A stretch of DNA of 29,859 nt from Candidatus Micrarchaeia archaeon (GCA_049966395.1 JBMFUT010000007.1:1-29859), one strand, 5' to 3'; shown: positions 1 to 10,542, numbered from the stretch's first letter. Made by a program: numbers and translations. The notes: generated from the letters alone by a model not told the origin.

Positions 1-64
1 GCATCCTTAGGCGATATTCAACAAACCATTTCTCTCCATGAGATCGTCATTGGAAATCTGCTAC

Positions 65-2266
65 CTAATTGGCGAAGGAGACGTTGCCAATGCCGAAATC
101 CATGTATGGCGGCACGCCCGTGGAATTCGGGGCATAGAACACCAGGAAATTGTAACCTTGCTGCAAATGCAGGCTCTGGCTCTCGTTCTGCTGCCCTATC
201 AGCTGCATTTCTGCTACCCTGTTGCTTTCATTATAGCCATTCAGATATATGCTTAGGCTCGTCTGCGTAGGTGCAAAAGCCTTGAAGTGCATAGTGTAAT
301 TGAGCGATTTCGGAGAGTACGCGACGATTTCCCTGATGTTGCTTCCAAACCAGAGCGAACCTATGGTAGAATTGCAATTCAGGCCGTAAGCATAGCACAT
401 GTACCATCCCGGATACCAGCTTGGTCCAGGGTAAGCGACAAACGAGCTTCCTGCTCTGGAGAGCGCAGACTGAGTTGAAAAGATGATAGTTGTATTGCTG
501 TCATATACCGGCGTGCCAAAAACTTCGTAGAGGTAGCCTGCAAGCTGCTCAAGTTCGTATTGATTGTATGCCTGCCTTATTACAGATACGAATCTTGTGT
601 TGTAGTTGTAAAGCCACATTATTGTCAAATTAGTGTAGTTCTCTATTATTGGAGAAGAATAAGTGAGATTGCCTGTAGATTCCAATTCTGCTGCCGCCTG
701 CACCAGCGGCAAGGTCTCTTGCGGGAGGAGCTCTTCAGGAGTTGTCCTTGACGTATATCCTGTTATTATCGGTTTCTTGAAAGCAGTTTGGTAGTACATC
801 TGCATTCCTAAGTAAAGGGCAGGAGCCCTGCTGCCATTGGTGGTTGCGGGAAGTACAAGCACAGTATAGTTGCCAGTAAGATTGCCTATTTCATAATAAA
901 CTTTTGGTATGTGCGGAGTTATGAAAGCACCGCTGCCCGCGAAGAAACCGCTGTACTCAAGCAATATGAAGAATACAAAGGCAGAAGTAATATAGGCAGG
1001 ATAATTTTTAGAGTGCTTTCCATTATCGAGTTTTGCCATTAATTCCTTGAATCCAAACGCTGCAAGAATAGCAAGCGCTACAGTTGTTATCATATCGAAC
1101 CTGCCAGGCTCCCTTATGAGGCTGAGCACAGGGACGCTCCTGTAAAGAAGATATATCTCTGGCAAACCTCCTACCGCATTTGGCATAGGCCCGACCTGCA
1201 GGTACGGACCGAGTGAAAGCCATGCGAATATGATAAACACAATGGTCCACAGCGCGATTACTGAATAATCTTTTTTCTTGTAACCATAGTATAGACCATA
1301 GAGCATAAGGAAAATTGCCACATATCCTAAATATGATATCCTTTCAGTAGGATCTACAGAGTAAATCTGCATGTACGAGTTAGCCAATGGCCGCAAAAGT
1401 GCGTTGTCTGGGCTTGGAAGGAAGAAAGATGCAAGGGGGTCGCTCCAAAGCATGTTGTATTGCAGGCCGCTGAGTTGTGCAGCCTGGGAAAGCGCGCCAT
1501 TTTGTATTCCTCTGATTATTGGCACAATGAAAGGCGAGCCCAATATGAAAACTAGGACAATCATCACAGCCAAGTTGGTAGCAAACTTTCTGTTTAGGAT
1601 CTCGCTCCTCTTTTTGCTCGCGGCATAATAAACTAGCAGGAGGGCCGCGAAGACTGCAGTTATTACACCTTGCTCAGGATCGCCAAAAAACACCACGAAA
1701 ACAAAGCTCAACGCCGCCGCTATCGGATAAACGACTTTCTTCTTCTCTATAGTTAGAATAAAGAGCAGGATAAAAAGAGGAACGAATTCTATGCTTGTCC
1801 AATTGAGGTGGCCAAGAGATTGCGCTATGTGCATAGGGCTGAAGGCAAAAATTATGCCGGCAATGAATGCCGCATACTTGTTCCCAACAACGTGGTAAGC
1901 GAGCATGTACATGAAGAGCCCGGAAAGCATGAAGTCTACGAAGAATATTACGTTGTACTCGAACGGAAGGCTCACCGCCTGAAAAGGCAATGCGATTATG
2001 CCCGCAAGCGGGGAGAGCGTCTGTGTCACAAGGCTTGCCCCGACCGGGAAATAAAGCATGTTGGTGAAGTATATCGAAGTGTGCAATTCTAGCAGAGCGT
2101 AGCCGACCCACCAGAGGTTCCACATTGTTTGGTAGACGTCCCCGCCGCCGTTCGGCACCGTTGATGCTATACTAGACGTCATTGGCCAGTATAGCAGCAG
2201 CGCTAAAACTAGAAACGCTAAAGACACAATAGCGTATTCCTTTTCATGAGCTTTCAAATCCAACAA
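65..2266 (-). CDS. Multi-pass membrane protein, probable GT-C-fold glycosyltransferase (YfhO-like) with C-terminal extracellular domain
   Basis: 733-aa ORF with TTG start. About 12-13 hydrophobic segments. First loop GGDVYQTMWNLWW has an acidic residue after TM1. Motifs FAFSPMH and REPGRF. C-terminal soluble domain has 13 N-X-S/T sequons by manual count. Confidence 0.65.
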   Translation of the reverse strand: MLDLKAHEKEYAIVSLAFLVLALLLYWPMTSSIASTVPNGGGDVYQTMWNLWWVGYALLELHTSIYFTNMLYFPVGASLVTQTLSPLAGIIALPFQAVSLPFEYNVIFFVDFMLSGLFMYMLAYHVVGNKYAAFIAGIIFAFSPMHIAQSLGHLNWTSIEFVPLFILLFILTIEKKKVVYPIAAALSFVFVVFFGDPEQGVITAVFAALLLVYYAASKKRSEILNRKFATNLAVMIVLVFILGSPFIVPIIRGIQNGALSQAAQLSGLQYNMLWSDPLASFFLPSPDNALLRPLANSYMQIYSVDPTERISYLGYVAIFLMLYGLYYGYKKKDYSVIALWTIVFIIFAWLSLGPYLQVGPMPNAVGGLPEIYLLYRSVPVLSLIREPGRFDMITTVALAILAAFGFKELMAKLDNGKHSKNYPAYITSAFVFFILLEYSGFFAGSGAFITPHIPKVYYEIGNLTGNYTVLVLPATTNGSRAPALYLGMQMYYQTAFKKPIITGYTSRTTPEELLPQETLPLVQAAAELESTGNLTYSSPIIENYTNLTIMWLYNYNTRFVSVIRQAYNQYELEQLAGYLYEVFGTPVYDSNTTIIFSTQSALSRAGSSFVAYPGPSWYPGWYMCYAYGLNCNSTIGSLWFGSNIREIVAYSPKSLNYTMHFKAFAPTQTSLSIYLNGYNESNRVAEMQLIGQQNESQSLHLQQGYNFLVFYAPNSTGVPPYMDFGIGNVSFAN

Positions 2267-2330
2267 ATCATCTGGTACGGAATATATTTACGGCAAATCT
2301 ATAATAAATCTTTTGGCGTTTTTAGCCTGC

Positions 2331-3218
2331 CTAAACGAAGGCAGATAGCGCTCTAGCGATAAATCCTGATATGTCGATTATTTTGCATCCATCTATTTCT
2401 TCTTCTATCGAGTTGGCCCCTAAAATGCTTTCGATTCCTGCGTCTTTCATTGCACCTAGTGCGTTGCCTGCGAGGAGCAGATGTATCGCAGCGACTCTTA
2501 CTGAAGCTGCGCCTGCACCGAATGCAAACTTCGCCGCCTGGATTACCGTTCCTCCGCTGCTTATCATGTCATCGATTATGAGCACGTTCCTGCCTTTCAA
2601 TGCCATGTTTGGCGCCTCTTTTATCTTGATGCTTCCGTCGCTCCTGCTTCTCTCCTTGTCTATTGTGCCCCAATCGAGCGAATGCGCTTCGGCTACTCCT
2701 TTTGCCATTTCCGCCGCGCCGTTGTCTGGTGCCAGTATGAATGGGTTTTCGATTTCTTCTATCGCCCGCGATGCAACGTAGGGCATGGCGTCAATCGAAA
2801 GTGTGCTGCCCCTGAAGTAGTCGAGCTCCTTGCTCTTGTGCGGGTTTACTACCGCGAGTTTCTCAACTCCAGCATACCTTAAATGATCAAGAACAATTTT
2901 GGCAGATATTGGTTCCCCTTCTGCAAAACTTTTGTCCTGCCGTGCATAGGCGAGATATGGAATTAGCGCATAGACGTGCGCGGCTCCAGCATTATTTGCT
3001 CCGTCTATTGCCTCTAGCATCTCGAAAAAGCGCTTGTCCTGAGGCGAGTTCATGCTTTGTACAATTAAAACGTCATCTCCTTTAACCTCCGAGGGCACCT
3101 TTAGGTAGGATTCTCCATCTGGAAATATCCTGTAATCTACGCTTGCATACCTAGAGCCCAGCTCCCTTGCAACGCCTTCAGCCAGCCCTGTGCCTGCAGT
3201 GCAACCTAATACTATCAT
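2331..3218 (-). CDS. prs: Ribose-phosphate pyrophosphokinase (short archaeal-type PRPP synthase)
   Basis: Motifs FPDGESY, IPYLAYARQDK, LAPDNGA and the PRPP-binding loop IIDDMISSGGT. 295 aa. Confidence 0.95.
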   Translation of the reverse strand: MIVLGCTAGTGLAEGVARELGSRYASVDYRIFPDGESYLKVPSEVKGDDVLIVQSMNSPQDKRFFEMLEAIDGANNAGAAHVYALIPYLAYARQDKSFAEGEPISAKIVLDHLRYAGVEKLAVVNPHKSKELDYFRGSTLSIDAMPYVASRAIEEIENPFILAPDNGAAEMAKGVAEAHSLDWGTIDKERSRSDGSIKIKEAPNMALKGRNVLIIDDMISSGGTVIQAAKFAFGAGAASVRVAAIHLLLAGNALGAMKDAGIESILGANSIEEEIDGCKIIDISGFIARALSAFV

Positions 3219-3412
3219 TTAAGCAGTATGATTTGCACAAATTTAATATTTAAAAGAATTCCTTTAACGTGTTGAGAACAATACAATGTGCACTTTTAAT
3301 GCGTCAGTCCTAATGGCTAAAACACCAGCACTTCGGCAAATTCCCTATGCACCGCTTTTAGGTAGTGGCGCGCACAAAAGCAATAAATAAGCATATGAAG
3401 AAATTCAGATAT

Positions 3413-4006
3413 ATGCAAAAAAACATTATTACATACAACGGAAAAGAAGTGATATTCTATTCAGAGCCATCTTCTGCTGCAAAGCCGAGCATAGTGCTGA
3501 TGCATGGCTACAGTTTCAATTCGGAGATATGGGAAAAGACAGGGGTTGTAGACGCTCTCAAAGGAAATTTCAACATCATAGCATTAGACGTGCCTGGATT
3601 TCCTCGCAGTGCAAACCAGTTTGACATGCCTGAGGAAGAGTTTTTAGGTTTGGTTCACAAAATAGCAGGCACTGCTCCCGGTGGCAAAGTGGTATTGCTT
3701 GGTGCTAGCGCAAGCGGATACATTGCCGTGAGATTTGCAGAGCTGCACGAAAGCGACCTGCTGGCAATGGTGCTTGTAGGCCCAGTGAGACTCTCCAGAA
3801 AGGTGCTCTCTGGACTAAGTGTCAAAATACTAGGGATATGGGGAAGTGAAGACAAGACATCGGATCCGAAAGCGGGTTCGGCAATGCTGAAGGCAGCAAA
3901 GTCTGCAAAAGCGGAAATAATAGAAGGCGCAGGGCATGCATGCTACATTGACAAGCCAAAGGAATTTATTGGTTTACTTTTAAAATTTCTGAATAGCGTG
4001 ATTTAG
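3413..4006 (+). CDS. Alpha/beta-fold hydrolase (ABHD14B-like)
   Basis: Oxyanion motif MHGYS, LDVPGF, nucleophile elbow GASAS, acid in WGSED and His in GAGHACY. Start moved from GTG 3365 to ATG 3413, which lies about 24 nt after an AT-rich TATA-like box (3382-3389). Confidence 0.85.
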   Translation: MQKNIITYNGKEVIFYSEPSSAAKPSIVLMHGYSFNSEIWEKTGVVDALKGNFNIIALDVPGFPRSANQFDMPEEEFLGLVHKIAGTAPGGKVVLLGASASGYIAVRFAELHESDLLAMVLVGPVRLSRKVLSGLSVKILGIWGSEDKTSDPKAGSAMLKAAKSAKAEIIEGAGHACYIDKPKEFIGLLLKFLNSVI

Positions 4007-4302
4007 TGCTCTACAGCAACATTGTAAGAATAAGGAGAATAAGGAAGCTTATAGAGTACGTCGCTTACGGTTCTCTTGCGCTGGACTTTGCGATAGCGAT
4101 AGTAACGCTGGTATCTGTAAATGCCTACTTGCGCAACGTGAGCATATCCGAGGTGCTCCTAGGTCTTAACATTGCGCTGACGGTAGAAGTCATCCTTACT
4201 TCGATACTATTTCTTGCGCTGCTCTTCCTGTCACATTACGAGAAGATAACAGACAAGGTGCTTGACATAAGCTTTAAGTTGCGCAACAGGATCAAAAAAT
4301 GA
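4006..4302 (+). CDS. Small hypothetical membrane protein (2 TM)
   Basis: GTG start overlaps the TAG stop of the hydrolase. Two long hydrophobic helices with basic termini. Confidence 0.7.
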   Translation: MLYSNIVRIRRIRKLIEYVAYGSLALDFAIAIVTLVSVNAYLRNVSISEVLLGLNIALTVEVILTSILFLALLFLSHYEKITDKVLDISFKLRNRIKK

Positions 4303-4383
4303 AATGGCTGCTGGTCGATGCTGGCATTGCATCGGCGTTGCGCTTATAAATTTTTGTTTCAATATAATCAACATACTCGGCGT

Positions 4384-5703
4384 ATGCTTATGGATGAGGA
4401 GGAGTTTGTAGAATTCGAGAATGCGGTATTCGATCAGCTTGCAGAAAAGCTCGGAAGCATGACTGAGGAGAAGGAGAGGGACGAATTCATAAAGAAAGTG
4501 TCAAAGTACATACGAGCCGATGCAAGCGAGGAAGAGATAAAGAGGCTTATAGCGGATTGCTCTCGCTTTGAGCCAATAGACAAGTACCTGAACGATCCTG
4601 ACATAGAAGACATAATGATAAACAACACCTCGAACATATTCGTCTATAGCACATCTGCGGGCCAGCAGATGGCGCCAGAAAAGATTTCCAGCAGAAGGAA
4701 CCTCGATACCCTAGTAAAGAAACTTACAATGTACGCGACAACAGCTGCTTCTAACAACAAGATCTACGACGTGCACCTGCCAAACGGTTCAAGGGCTAAC
4801 ATAGTAGATTCGCCGCTCGGAGCTGACATAACTGTAAGGAACTTCAAGGGCACGGCTTACAGCATAATAGACCTGATAAATGCGGGAGAGATGAGCTACA
4901 ACATGGCCGCGAGACTCTGGCTGTATGTTGAGGGGCTCAAAGTGCGCCCTGCCAACTTGCTAATAGGGGGCATGCCTGCAAGCGGCAAGACTACGCTACT
5001 CAACGCGATGTTCAGTTTCTTCAGGCCTGAGGAAAGGATAGTGGTAATAGAGGAAACATACGAGCTCCACACCGAGACGCAGGAAAACTGCGTAAGGCTC
5101 GAGACGAGCCCTGAAATGCCAATGGAAAACCTTGTAAAGAACTCACTCAGAATGCGACCTGACATGATAATAATTGGCGAAGTGAGGGGCGCGGAGGCAA
5201 AAGACATGATGACTGCAATGAACATAGGAAAGATATCAATGGGCACAATACACGCAAGCACTACAAGGGACGTGATAACGAGGCTGCAGCACACGCCCAT
5301 GAACGTCGAGATGGACATAATACCTCTTATAGATGCGATAATAATAGTTTCCCAGGTGCCAGATCGCGGCAAGAGCACAAGAAAGATAACCCAGGTTTCA
5401 GAAATTTCCGGAATAGAAACTCAGGTACTGCTATCTGATCTTTACACTTACGATTACAAAACCCATAAAGGGTCTGAAATCCTGCCAAGCGTTACATACA
5501 GGGACCTTCTCTCAAAGCTTACCGGTTTCCCGCCATCGGAGATAATAATCGAAGAACAGAGGCGCGCAAAGATACTTGAAAAACTGAACAAGATGGGAAT
5601 AAGAGGAATGAGGGAAATAAACCAGTTTTGCAAGGAGTATTATGAGAACGCCGAAAATGCCCTTGCGAGGATAGGGCTGAGCAACCTCGGAACACTTGAA
5701 TGA
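4384..5703 (+). CDS. Type II/IV secretion / type IV pilus ATPase (CpaF/TadA/VirB11 family)
   Basis: EDIMIN, Walker A GMPASGKTT, Asp box IEETYEL, Walker B region LRMRPDMIIIGEVRG, His box TIHAS, EISGIE. Start set at ATG 4384 (or 4390), downstream of TATA CTTATAAA at 4343-4350. Confidence 0.9.
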   Translation: MLMDEEEFVEFENAVFDQLAEKLGSMTEEKERDEFIKKVSKYIRADASEEEIKRLIADCSRFEPIDKYLNDPDIEDIMINNTSNIFVYSTSAGQQMAPEKISSRRNLDTLVKKLTMYATTAASNNKIYDVHLPNGSRANIVDSPLGADITVRNFKGTAYSIIDLINAGEMSYNMAARLWLYVEGLKVRPANLLIGGMPASGKTTLLNAMFSFFRPEERIVVIEETYELHTETQENCVRLETSPEMPMENLVKNSLRMRPDMIIIGEVRGAEAKDMMTAMNIGKISMGTIHASTTRDVITRLQHTPMNVEMDIIPLIDAIIIVSQVPDRGKSTRKITQVSEISGIETQVLLSDLYTYDYKTHKGSEILPSVTYRDLLSKLTGFPPSEIIIEEQRRAKILEKLNKMGIRGMREINQFCKEYYENAENALARIGLSNLGTLE

Positions 5704-5704
5704 A

Positions 5705-6811
5705 TCAAGGGAGGAATTCCTTGTTCTTTATTTTGTCCTTTATGTAATCGTCGACGAAAGTGAGGCGCGGTCCCTGCAAAGCGTCCTGCTCTAGCTTCAA
5801 TTTGCTTTTAAGCATCCTTTGCAGCTCTTCGCGCCACTCTTTGTAGCCTTTTATCCATTCGTAGTTGAGCATATCTTGGGCCCTTTTTAAGTCTATCTCG
5901 GTTGCATGTATTGTCAATTTATTGAGGAATTCATACCTGTCAAGGTCAGACATAGTGACCCCTATGAACTTTGCCGCAGGAGTTGCAACATCATCTGCAA
6001 TGTACGCGAGGTTTATACTGCCAGTCTTTATTGTCCAGTATATGTACCATCCCCAGGCATCTGAGTCTGTGAAAACGTAGATCGGAAGGCCCATGTCTGA
6101 GAGCTTTCTTATGAGCCTTCTGGTGCCTCTCGACGCCTGCCCCTGTGGCGTTATCAGTATGGCGTTCTCTTTCTTCCAAAACTTGTCTTCGTTGAGCCTC
6201 TGCCACAGCGCATCCTTCTCTACGACTATAGCGTATTTTGCCTTCATGTCTACAAATTCTATATCGTTGTCTACGTCGCTCGGTATTGCCCAGCCGCTCC
6301 TGCCCTGCTTGCTGCAGTCAATTTCAACCTTCTCGTCGCCGAACCTGTCCACAACTTTCATGTTGCCTGCAAGAACCCCTTTTCTGTTTGCGTTAAGGTT
6401 AAGATCTTCCCTTTTCATTTCCAGCGAAACCTCTATATCTTCTATTAGAGGGTTTGACTCTTCCTGCTCGCTGAATATGCTCTCATCGACCTCGTTGCCA
6501 AGAGAAAACTTGAGCTGGTAATAAAGGCCCCTTATCGAAGTGTGCAGATTCTCTGCAAGGAATCTGTGGCACTTAGAGGCTATGGCTATAGTTTGCATGA
6601 ATCTTCTTGCCTGCGCGACATTGATAAAATTCCTCTCCTCTTGCGCGCTGCCAAGCCTGAGATACCCTTTCTTCTGGTCGTAAAGTATGTTGGAACGCGT
6701 CCTTGCAAGTGTCACGAATTTCGGGTTTCTGCCATTTTCTATGTCTTCAAAGAGGTTGCGCCCAAGAATCTCCAGCCTCTCCTTTGGCTTTTTGCCTTCG
6801 TACTGCATCAA
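5705..6811 (-). CDS. top6A: DNA topoisomerase VI subunit A (Spo11 family)
   Basis: CAP/winged-helix catalytic Tyr in SIRGLYY, Toprim VVEKDA and FTDSDAWG (DxD), C-terminal KLEQDAL. Confidence 0.95.
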   Translation of the reverse strand: MMQYEGKKPKERLEILGRNLFEDIENGRNPKFVTLARTRSNILYDQKKGYLRLGSAQEERNFINVAQARRFMQTIAIASKCHRFLAENLHTSIRGLYYQLKFSLGNEVDESIFSEQEESNPLIEDIEVSLEMKREDLNLNANRKGVLAGNMKVVDRFGDEKVEIDCSKQGRSGWAIPSDVDNDIEFVDMKAKYAIVVEKDALWQRLNEDKFWKKENAILITPQGQASRGTRRLIRKLSDMGLPIYVFTDSDAWGWYIYWTIKTGSINLAYIADDVATPAAKFIGVTMSDLDRYEFLNKLTIHATEIDLKRAQDMLNYEWIKGYKEWREELQRMLKSKLKLEQDALQGPRLTFVDDYIKDKIKNKEFLP

Positions 6812-6812
6812 A

Positions 6813-8798
6813 TCACTGCTTTTCTTCCTTGCTCCCTATAACAAGAGGAGGCTTCTCCTTGTAGTTTGTAGTGATGTAGCTCCTGAAAGTTCTGACAATC
6901 TCATCCCTTCTGCTGCTCTTTTTCAGCGCATACTCTAGCACATCTGCTATGTTAGAAGCTGCTATCACCTTTATTTTCTTAAGCTTATCCTTAGGTATGT
7001 ATATATCGTGCAAGTTGCTCCTAGGTATTATTACGCTTTTCATTCCTGCGTCTATTGCCGCCTCGACCTTGCTGCTTATGCCTCCAACAGGCAGAACGTC
7101 GCCCCTCACCGAAAGCGAGCCAGTCATAGCAATAGACTGGTCTACCGGAAGCCCCTCCATCGCCGATATGACGCTCACCGCAACAGATATGCTTGCACTG
7201 TCTCCTTCAACACCCTCGTAAGTCTGGAGGAACTGGACGTGTATGTCATAACTAGCTATGTCGCGATTCATGTGCCTTTTTATTACGGCACTTATGTTCT
7301 TTACCGCTTCCTGGGCTATTTTGCCGAGCTTGCCGGTCGCTATAAGCTTGCCTTCGGCCCTAGAGCTAGCTTGCGTGACCTCCGCCATTATCGGCACTAT
7401 TATGCCTGCCGAGAGGGTCGAAGAGCCGAGTATGGCAAGGCCGTTGACCTTCCCTATTGAGAAGCCCTTTGTATTGAACACCTTGTACTCCTTCCTGTAA
7501 TCAAGCACCTGGTCAACAAACTGCGCCTCTATGGGCTTTGCAAGGCCCTTTGCAGCTATGACATCCTCTTTAGTGACTATCTTCCTCCCATGCTCCAGAG
7601 CGTAATCCCCTGCCGCCCTCACTAGCCCACCCAGATCTCTCAATATCAGCGTTAGCCTTCCGCTCCTGTCGCTTCTCCTTCTGGCATCTTCTATTACTTC
7701 CATGCAGGCGCCATAGTCAAAAGGAGGTATCTTGCCGTCCTTCTTTATTTCTTGGGCTATAAACTGCACGAGTTTTTCTCTGTTTTTTTCGGTGTCAGGC
7801 ATAGAAGATTCCATGTAAACTTCGTAGCCGTACCCTCTTATCCTGGACCTAAGCGCCGGGTGCATTTTTGCTATATCCTGAAGGTTTCCTGCAGCAACGA
7901 GTATGAAGTCGCAAGGTACGGGTTCTGTCCTTACTATAGCCCCTGAGCTTAGCTCGCTCTGCCCTGTTATGGAATACTTCTTTTCCTGCATCGCTGTAAG
8001 GAGCTCTTGCTGCCACTTTGGATCGAGGCTTGCAATTTCATCTATGAACAGCACGCCGTGATTTGCCCTGTGTATGGCTCCCGCCTCAACCCTAAGGTGA
8101 GGAGGCGTGCCAAGCCCGCCGCTCTGAAGAGGGTCGTGTTTCACGTCACCGAAAATAGCGCCAGCCCTTGAACCGGTAGCATCTACAAATGGAGCATGGG
8201 TCATGCCAGTATTGTCGACTATGAGCTTTGGTTCATTTGAATCAAACATCCCTGGAAGTATGCCCCCTCTCCTCGTGAGGCTGCTTACAAAGACGATAGC
8301 CGAACCGAAGACAAGTATGCCTAGTATAAGCGCCGCGAAAACTATTATCACATAACCTTTGAATATGTTGAGCAGAGATATTGCGAAGAGGACTATAACT
8401 ATTCCTATTATTATAGGCATCACGTTAGACCTGCCCTGGGTCGAATCCATCCTGTTCTTCAGCTTTTCCCTTTGCACTATCTGCCTGCCCTGGCCGTCTC
8501 CTAGCGGCTTTCCTGGCTCCGGCGGCACAGGATATGTCTTCACCGCCTTTACTATCGGATTGTTTTCATCGATGCTGTTTCGGTAGCAGAGCACGTCCTC
8601 CAGCTCTGTAGATGGCAGAAGGTCTGCCATTGCCTGCGCAAGCATCGTCTTTCCTGTACCTGGTTCGCCTATGAGAAGCACGTTTCTGTGCTGCTTGGCC
8701 GCCTTCTTTACTATTTCCACAGCATTTTCCTGGCCTATTACCTGGTCTACGACCTTCTCTGGTATTTTTATCTCGTTTGTATTCTTGAATTTTTTCAT
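6813..8798 (-). CDS. lonB: Archaeal ATP-dependent Lon protease (LonB, membrane-anchored)
   Basis: DQVIGQE, Walker A GEPGTGKT, two TM helices inserted in the AAA+ domain, Walker [19 protein letters not shown], catalytic Ser in EGDSAS and downstream Lys (GGISSK). Start uncertain between 8813 and 8798. Confidence 0.95.
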   Translation of the reverse strand: MKKFKNTNEIKIPEKVVDQVIGQENAVEIVKKAAKQHRNVLLIGEPGTGKTMLAQAMADLLPSTELEDVLCYRNSIDENNPIVKAVKTYPVPPEPGKPLGDGQGRQIVQREKLKNRMDSTQGRSNVMPIIIGIVIVLFAISLLNIFKGYVIIVFAALILGILVFGSAIVFVSSLTRRGGILPGMFDSNEPKLIVDNTGMTHAPFVDATGSRAGAIFGDVKHDPLQSGGLGTPPHLRVEAGAIHRANHGVLFIDEIASLDPKWQQELLTAMQEKKYSITGQSELSSGAIVRTEPVPCDFILVAAGNLQDIAKMHPALRSRIRGYGYEVYMESSMPDTEKNREKLVQFIAQEIKKDGKIPPFDYGACMEVIEDARRRSDRSGRLTLILRDLGGLVRAAGDYALEHGRKIVTKEDVIAAKGLAKPIEAQFVDQVLDYRKEYKVFNTKGFSIGKVNGLAILGSSTLSAGIIVPIMAEVTQASSRAEGKLIATGKLGKIAQEAVKNISAVIKRHMNRDIASYDIHVQFLQTYEGVEGDSASISVAVSVISAMEGLPVDQSIAMTGSLSVRGDVLPVGGISSKVEAAIDAGMKSVIIPRSNLHDIYIPKDKLKKIKVIAASNIADVLEYALKKSSRRDEIVRTFRSYITTNYKEKPPLVIGSKEEKQ

Positions 8799-8880
8799 AA
8801 CCATCATTAGCAATTAGCATGTACAAATTATATTTCCCACATGCAACTTAATAAATTTATTTGTGCACTGTCATGCCTTG

Positions 8881-9633
8881 CTATATTTCGCGCCATCTGG
8901 ATTTCTTTATTGCTATGGCAAGTACTACTATGAGTATTGCTGCAAGCACAACCCAGTCCATTGCAAGGTTGGCCGGAGAGAGCTTTATGAAGCCAACTGC
9001 ATTCTGCGCTATCTCGGCAGCATATGTTGTTGGAGACAGGTATGCGAGATAGCGGTAAGGCAGTGGTATATAAGTTATCGGATAGAAAACAGGAGGCAGA
9101 GTAGAGAATAGGGTGTTTATGATACCAGTGAAACCCCATGTTTGCACGACGTCAGAGCTGAAAGTCGAAAACATGTATCCCAAAGCCGTGGCGACAACAA
9201 ATACGAATATTATAGCTGTCGCAGCCACAAGTATCCCAGTAAAGCTTGCATGCACTAAGAAGAATGCGAGTATGAGAAGTATTACAATTGTGGGCAGCGA
9301 ATACACTAACTCTGACAGCGCCATGCCTAAAACATACACAAATTGTGGCGTAGGAGAGCTCACTATCATGTCCTGAACCTTGAAATCGTTTTTGAGGTGC
9401 GACAGGTCAGTTTGGAAGAAAACGCCGTTAGATACGAGCACTGATATGAAAGCGCCTAGAATAGAAACCCCTATCAGTGTACCTTTGCTAGCTATGGTTA
9501 TTACAATAAGCATTGAAAAAGGCATTATTATTGTGTTGACTACCATTATAGGGTAGTTCTTAAGCGAATATATCGCGTTAACCAGTAACGAAGCGTAAAT
9601 CTCACTCAGTATGCTCCTCTTCATTCTCTTCAC
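8881..9633 (-). CDS. ABC-2 type exporter permease
   Basis: 250 aa with about 6 TM helices and the PVFYPITYIP...LSPTTY motif typical of ABC-2 permeases. Overlaps the end of the ABC ATPase. Confidence 0.9.
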   Translation of the reverse strand: MKRMKRSILSEIYASLLVNAIYSLKNYPIMVVNTIIMPFSMLIVITIASKGTLIGVSILGAFISVLVSNGVFFQTDLSHLKNDFKVQDMIVSSPTPQFVYVLGMALSELVYSLPTIVILLILAFFLVHASFTGILVAATAIIFVFVVATALGYMFSTFSSDVVQTWGFTGIINTLFSTLPPVFYPITYIPLPYRYLAYLSPTTYAAEIAQNAVGFIKLSPANLAMDWVVLAAILIVVLAIAIKKSRWREI

Positions 9634-10542
9634 CTTCTATTTCGGTCTTGGCGAAATAATAAAATACGTCGTTCAGTGATACGGGGCTCATTGAGAAGAC
9701 TATGTTGTATTTTACAAGCAGCTTCGCCAAGTCATATGCCACGCTCTTACTTGCAAGTATCTGGCTCTTTTCCTCCCCGCTTACTATCTTGCACTTTTTC
9801 AGCATGTGCCTTATTTTTGCAATATCCCCATTTCCGACCATAATGCTATACTGGTAAGATATCTTGCGCCTGAGCTCCTCAAGGGTGCCTATAGCGACAA
9901 GCCTTCCGCTTTCGAGTATGGCAATGCGGTCCGCAAGCGCCTCAGCTTCCTCAAGGTAGTGCGTAGTGAGTATTATCAAATGGTCCTTTTTCAGCTTTTT
10001 TATTGCCTTCCATATCTCGCTTCTAGATATGGGGTCAAGTCCTGTTGTAGGCTCGTCAAGAAAAACAATGCTCGCCTCTGACGAAAGAACTGTTGCGAGA
10101 AGCACCTTGCGTTTCATGCCTCCTGAAAGCTTTCCATTTTCCTTCTCTGCAATACCTTTCAAGTGCAGCCCTTCAAGCGCTTTGTCGGCCCTGCTGAGCG
10201 CCTCTTTTACAGGGAAGCCTCGCCAAAGCAAGTAGCTGTACACGTTCTCCCTAGGCGTCATCCACATTACTGGTTTTGCCTCCTGCGGCATCACGGCTAT
10301 CTGGCTGCGTATGGCGCAGCGTCTTTTATTATGTCGAAGCCATTTATTTTCGCAGTGCCTGAGCTTGGCAGCAGCTGCGTAGCCAGGATCCTGATCAGTG
10401 TGGTCTTTCCTGCACCGTTCCTGCCTATTACAGCAAAAACCCCGTTGCGCTTGATAGAAAACGAGACGCCTTGGAGTGCTTCCTTCTTGTCTTTTCTTTT
10501 TTTGTATGTCTTAAATAGCTTGACACACTCTATGGTATTCAT
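9602..10542 (-). pseudogene. ABC transporter ATP-binding protein (DrrA/CcmA-like), split by a frameshift near 10310-10325
   Basis: ORF 10297..10542 holds Walker A GRNGAGKTT. ORF 9602..10294 holds Q-loop MPQE, signature LSGGMKRK, Walker B FLDEPTTGLDP and H-loop TTH. Restoring one base gives ...IIKDAxAIRSQIAVMPQE..., a single ~313-aa protein. Could be an assembly error rather than a true pseudogene. Confidence 0.8.

Noticed and set aside
8850..8861. Palindrome AATAAATTTATT upstream of lonB
   Set aside because: Pure A/T and coincident with the TATA region, so expected by chance.
10297..10345. Programmed -1 ribosomal frameshift in the ABC ATPase
   Set aside because: No canonical slippery heptamer or evident stimulatory structure. 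A one-base deletion or assembly error is simpler.
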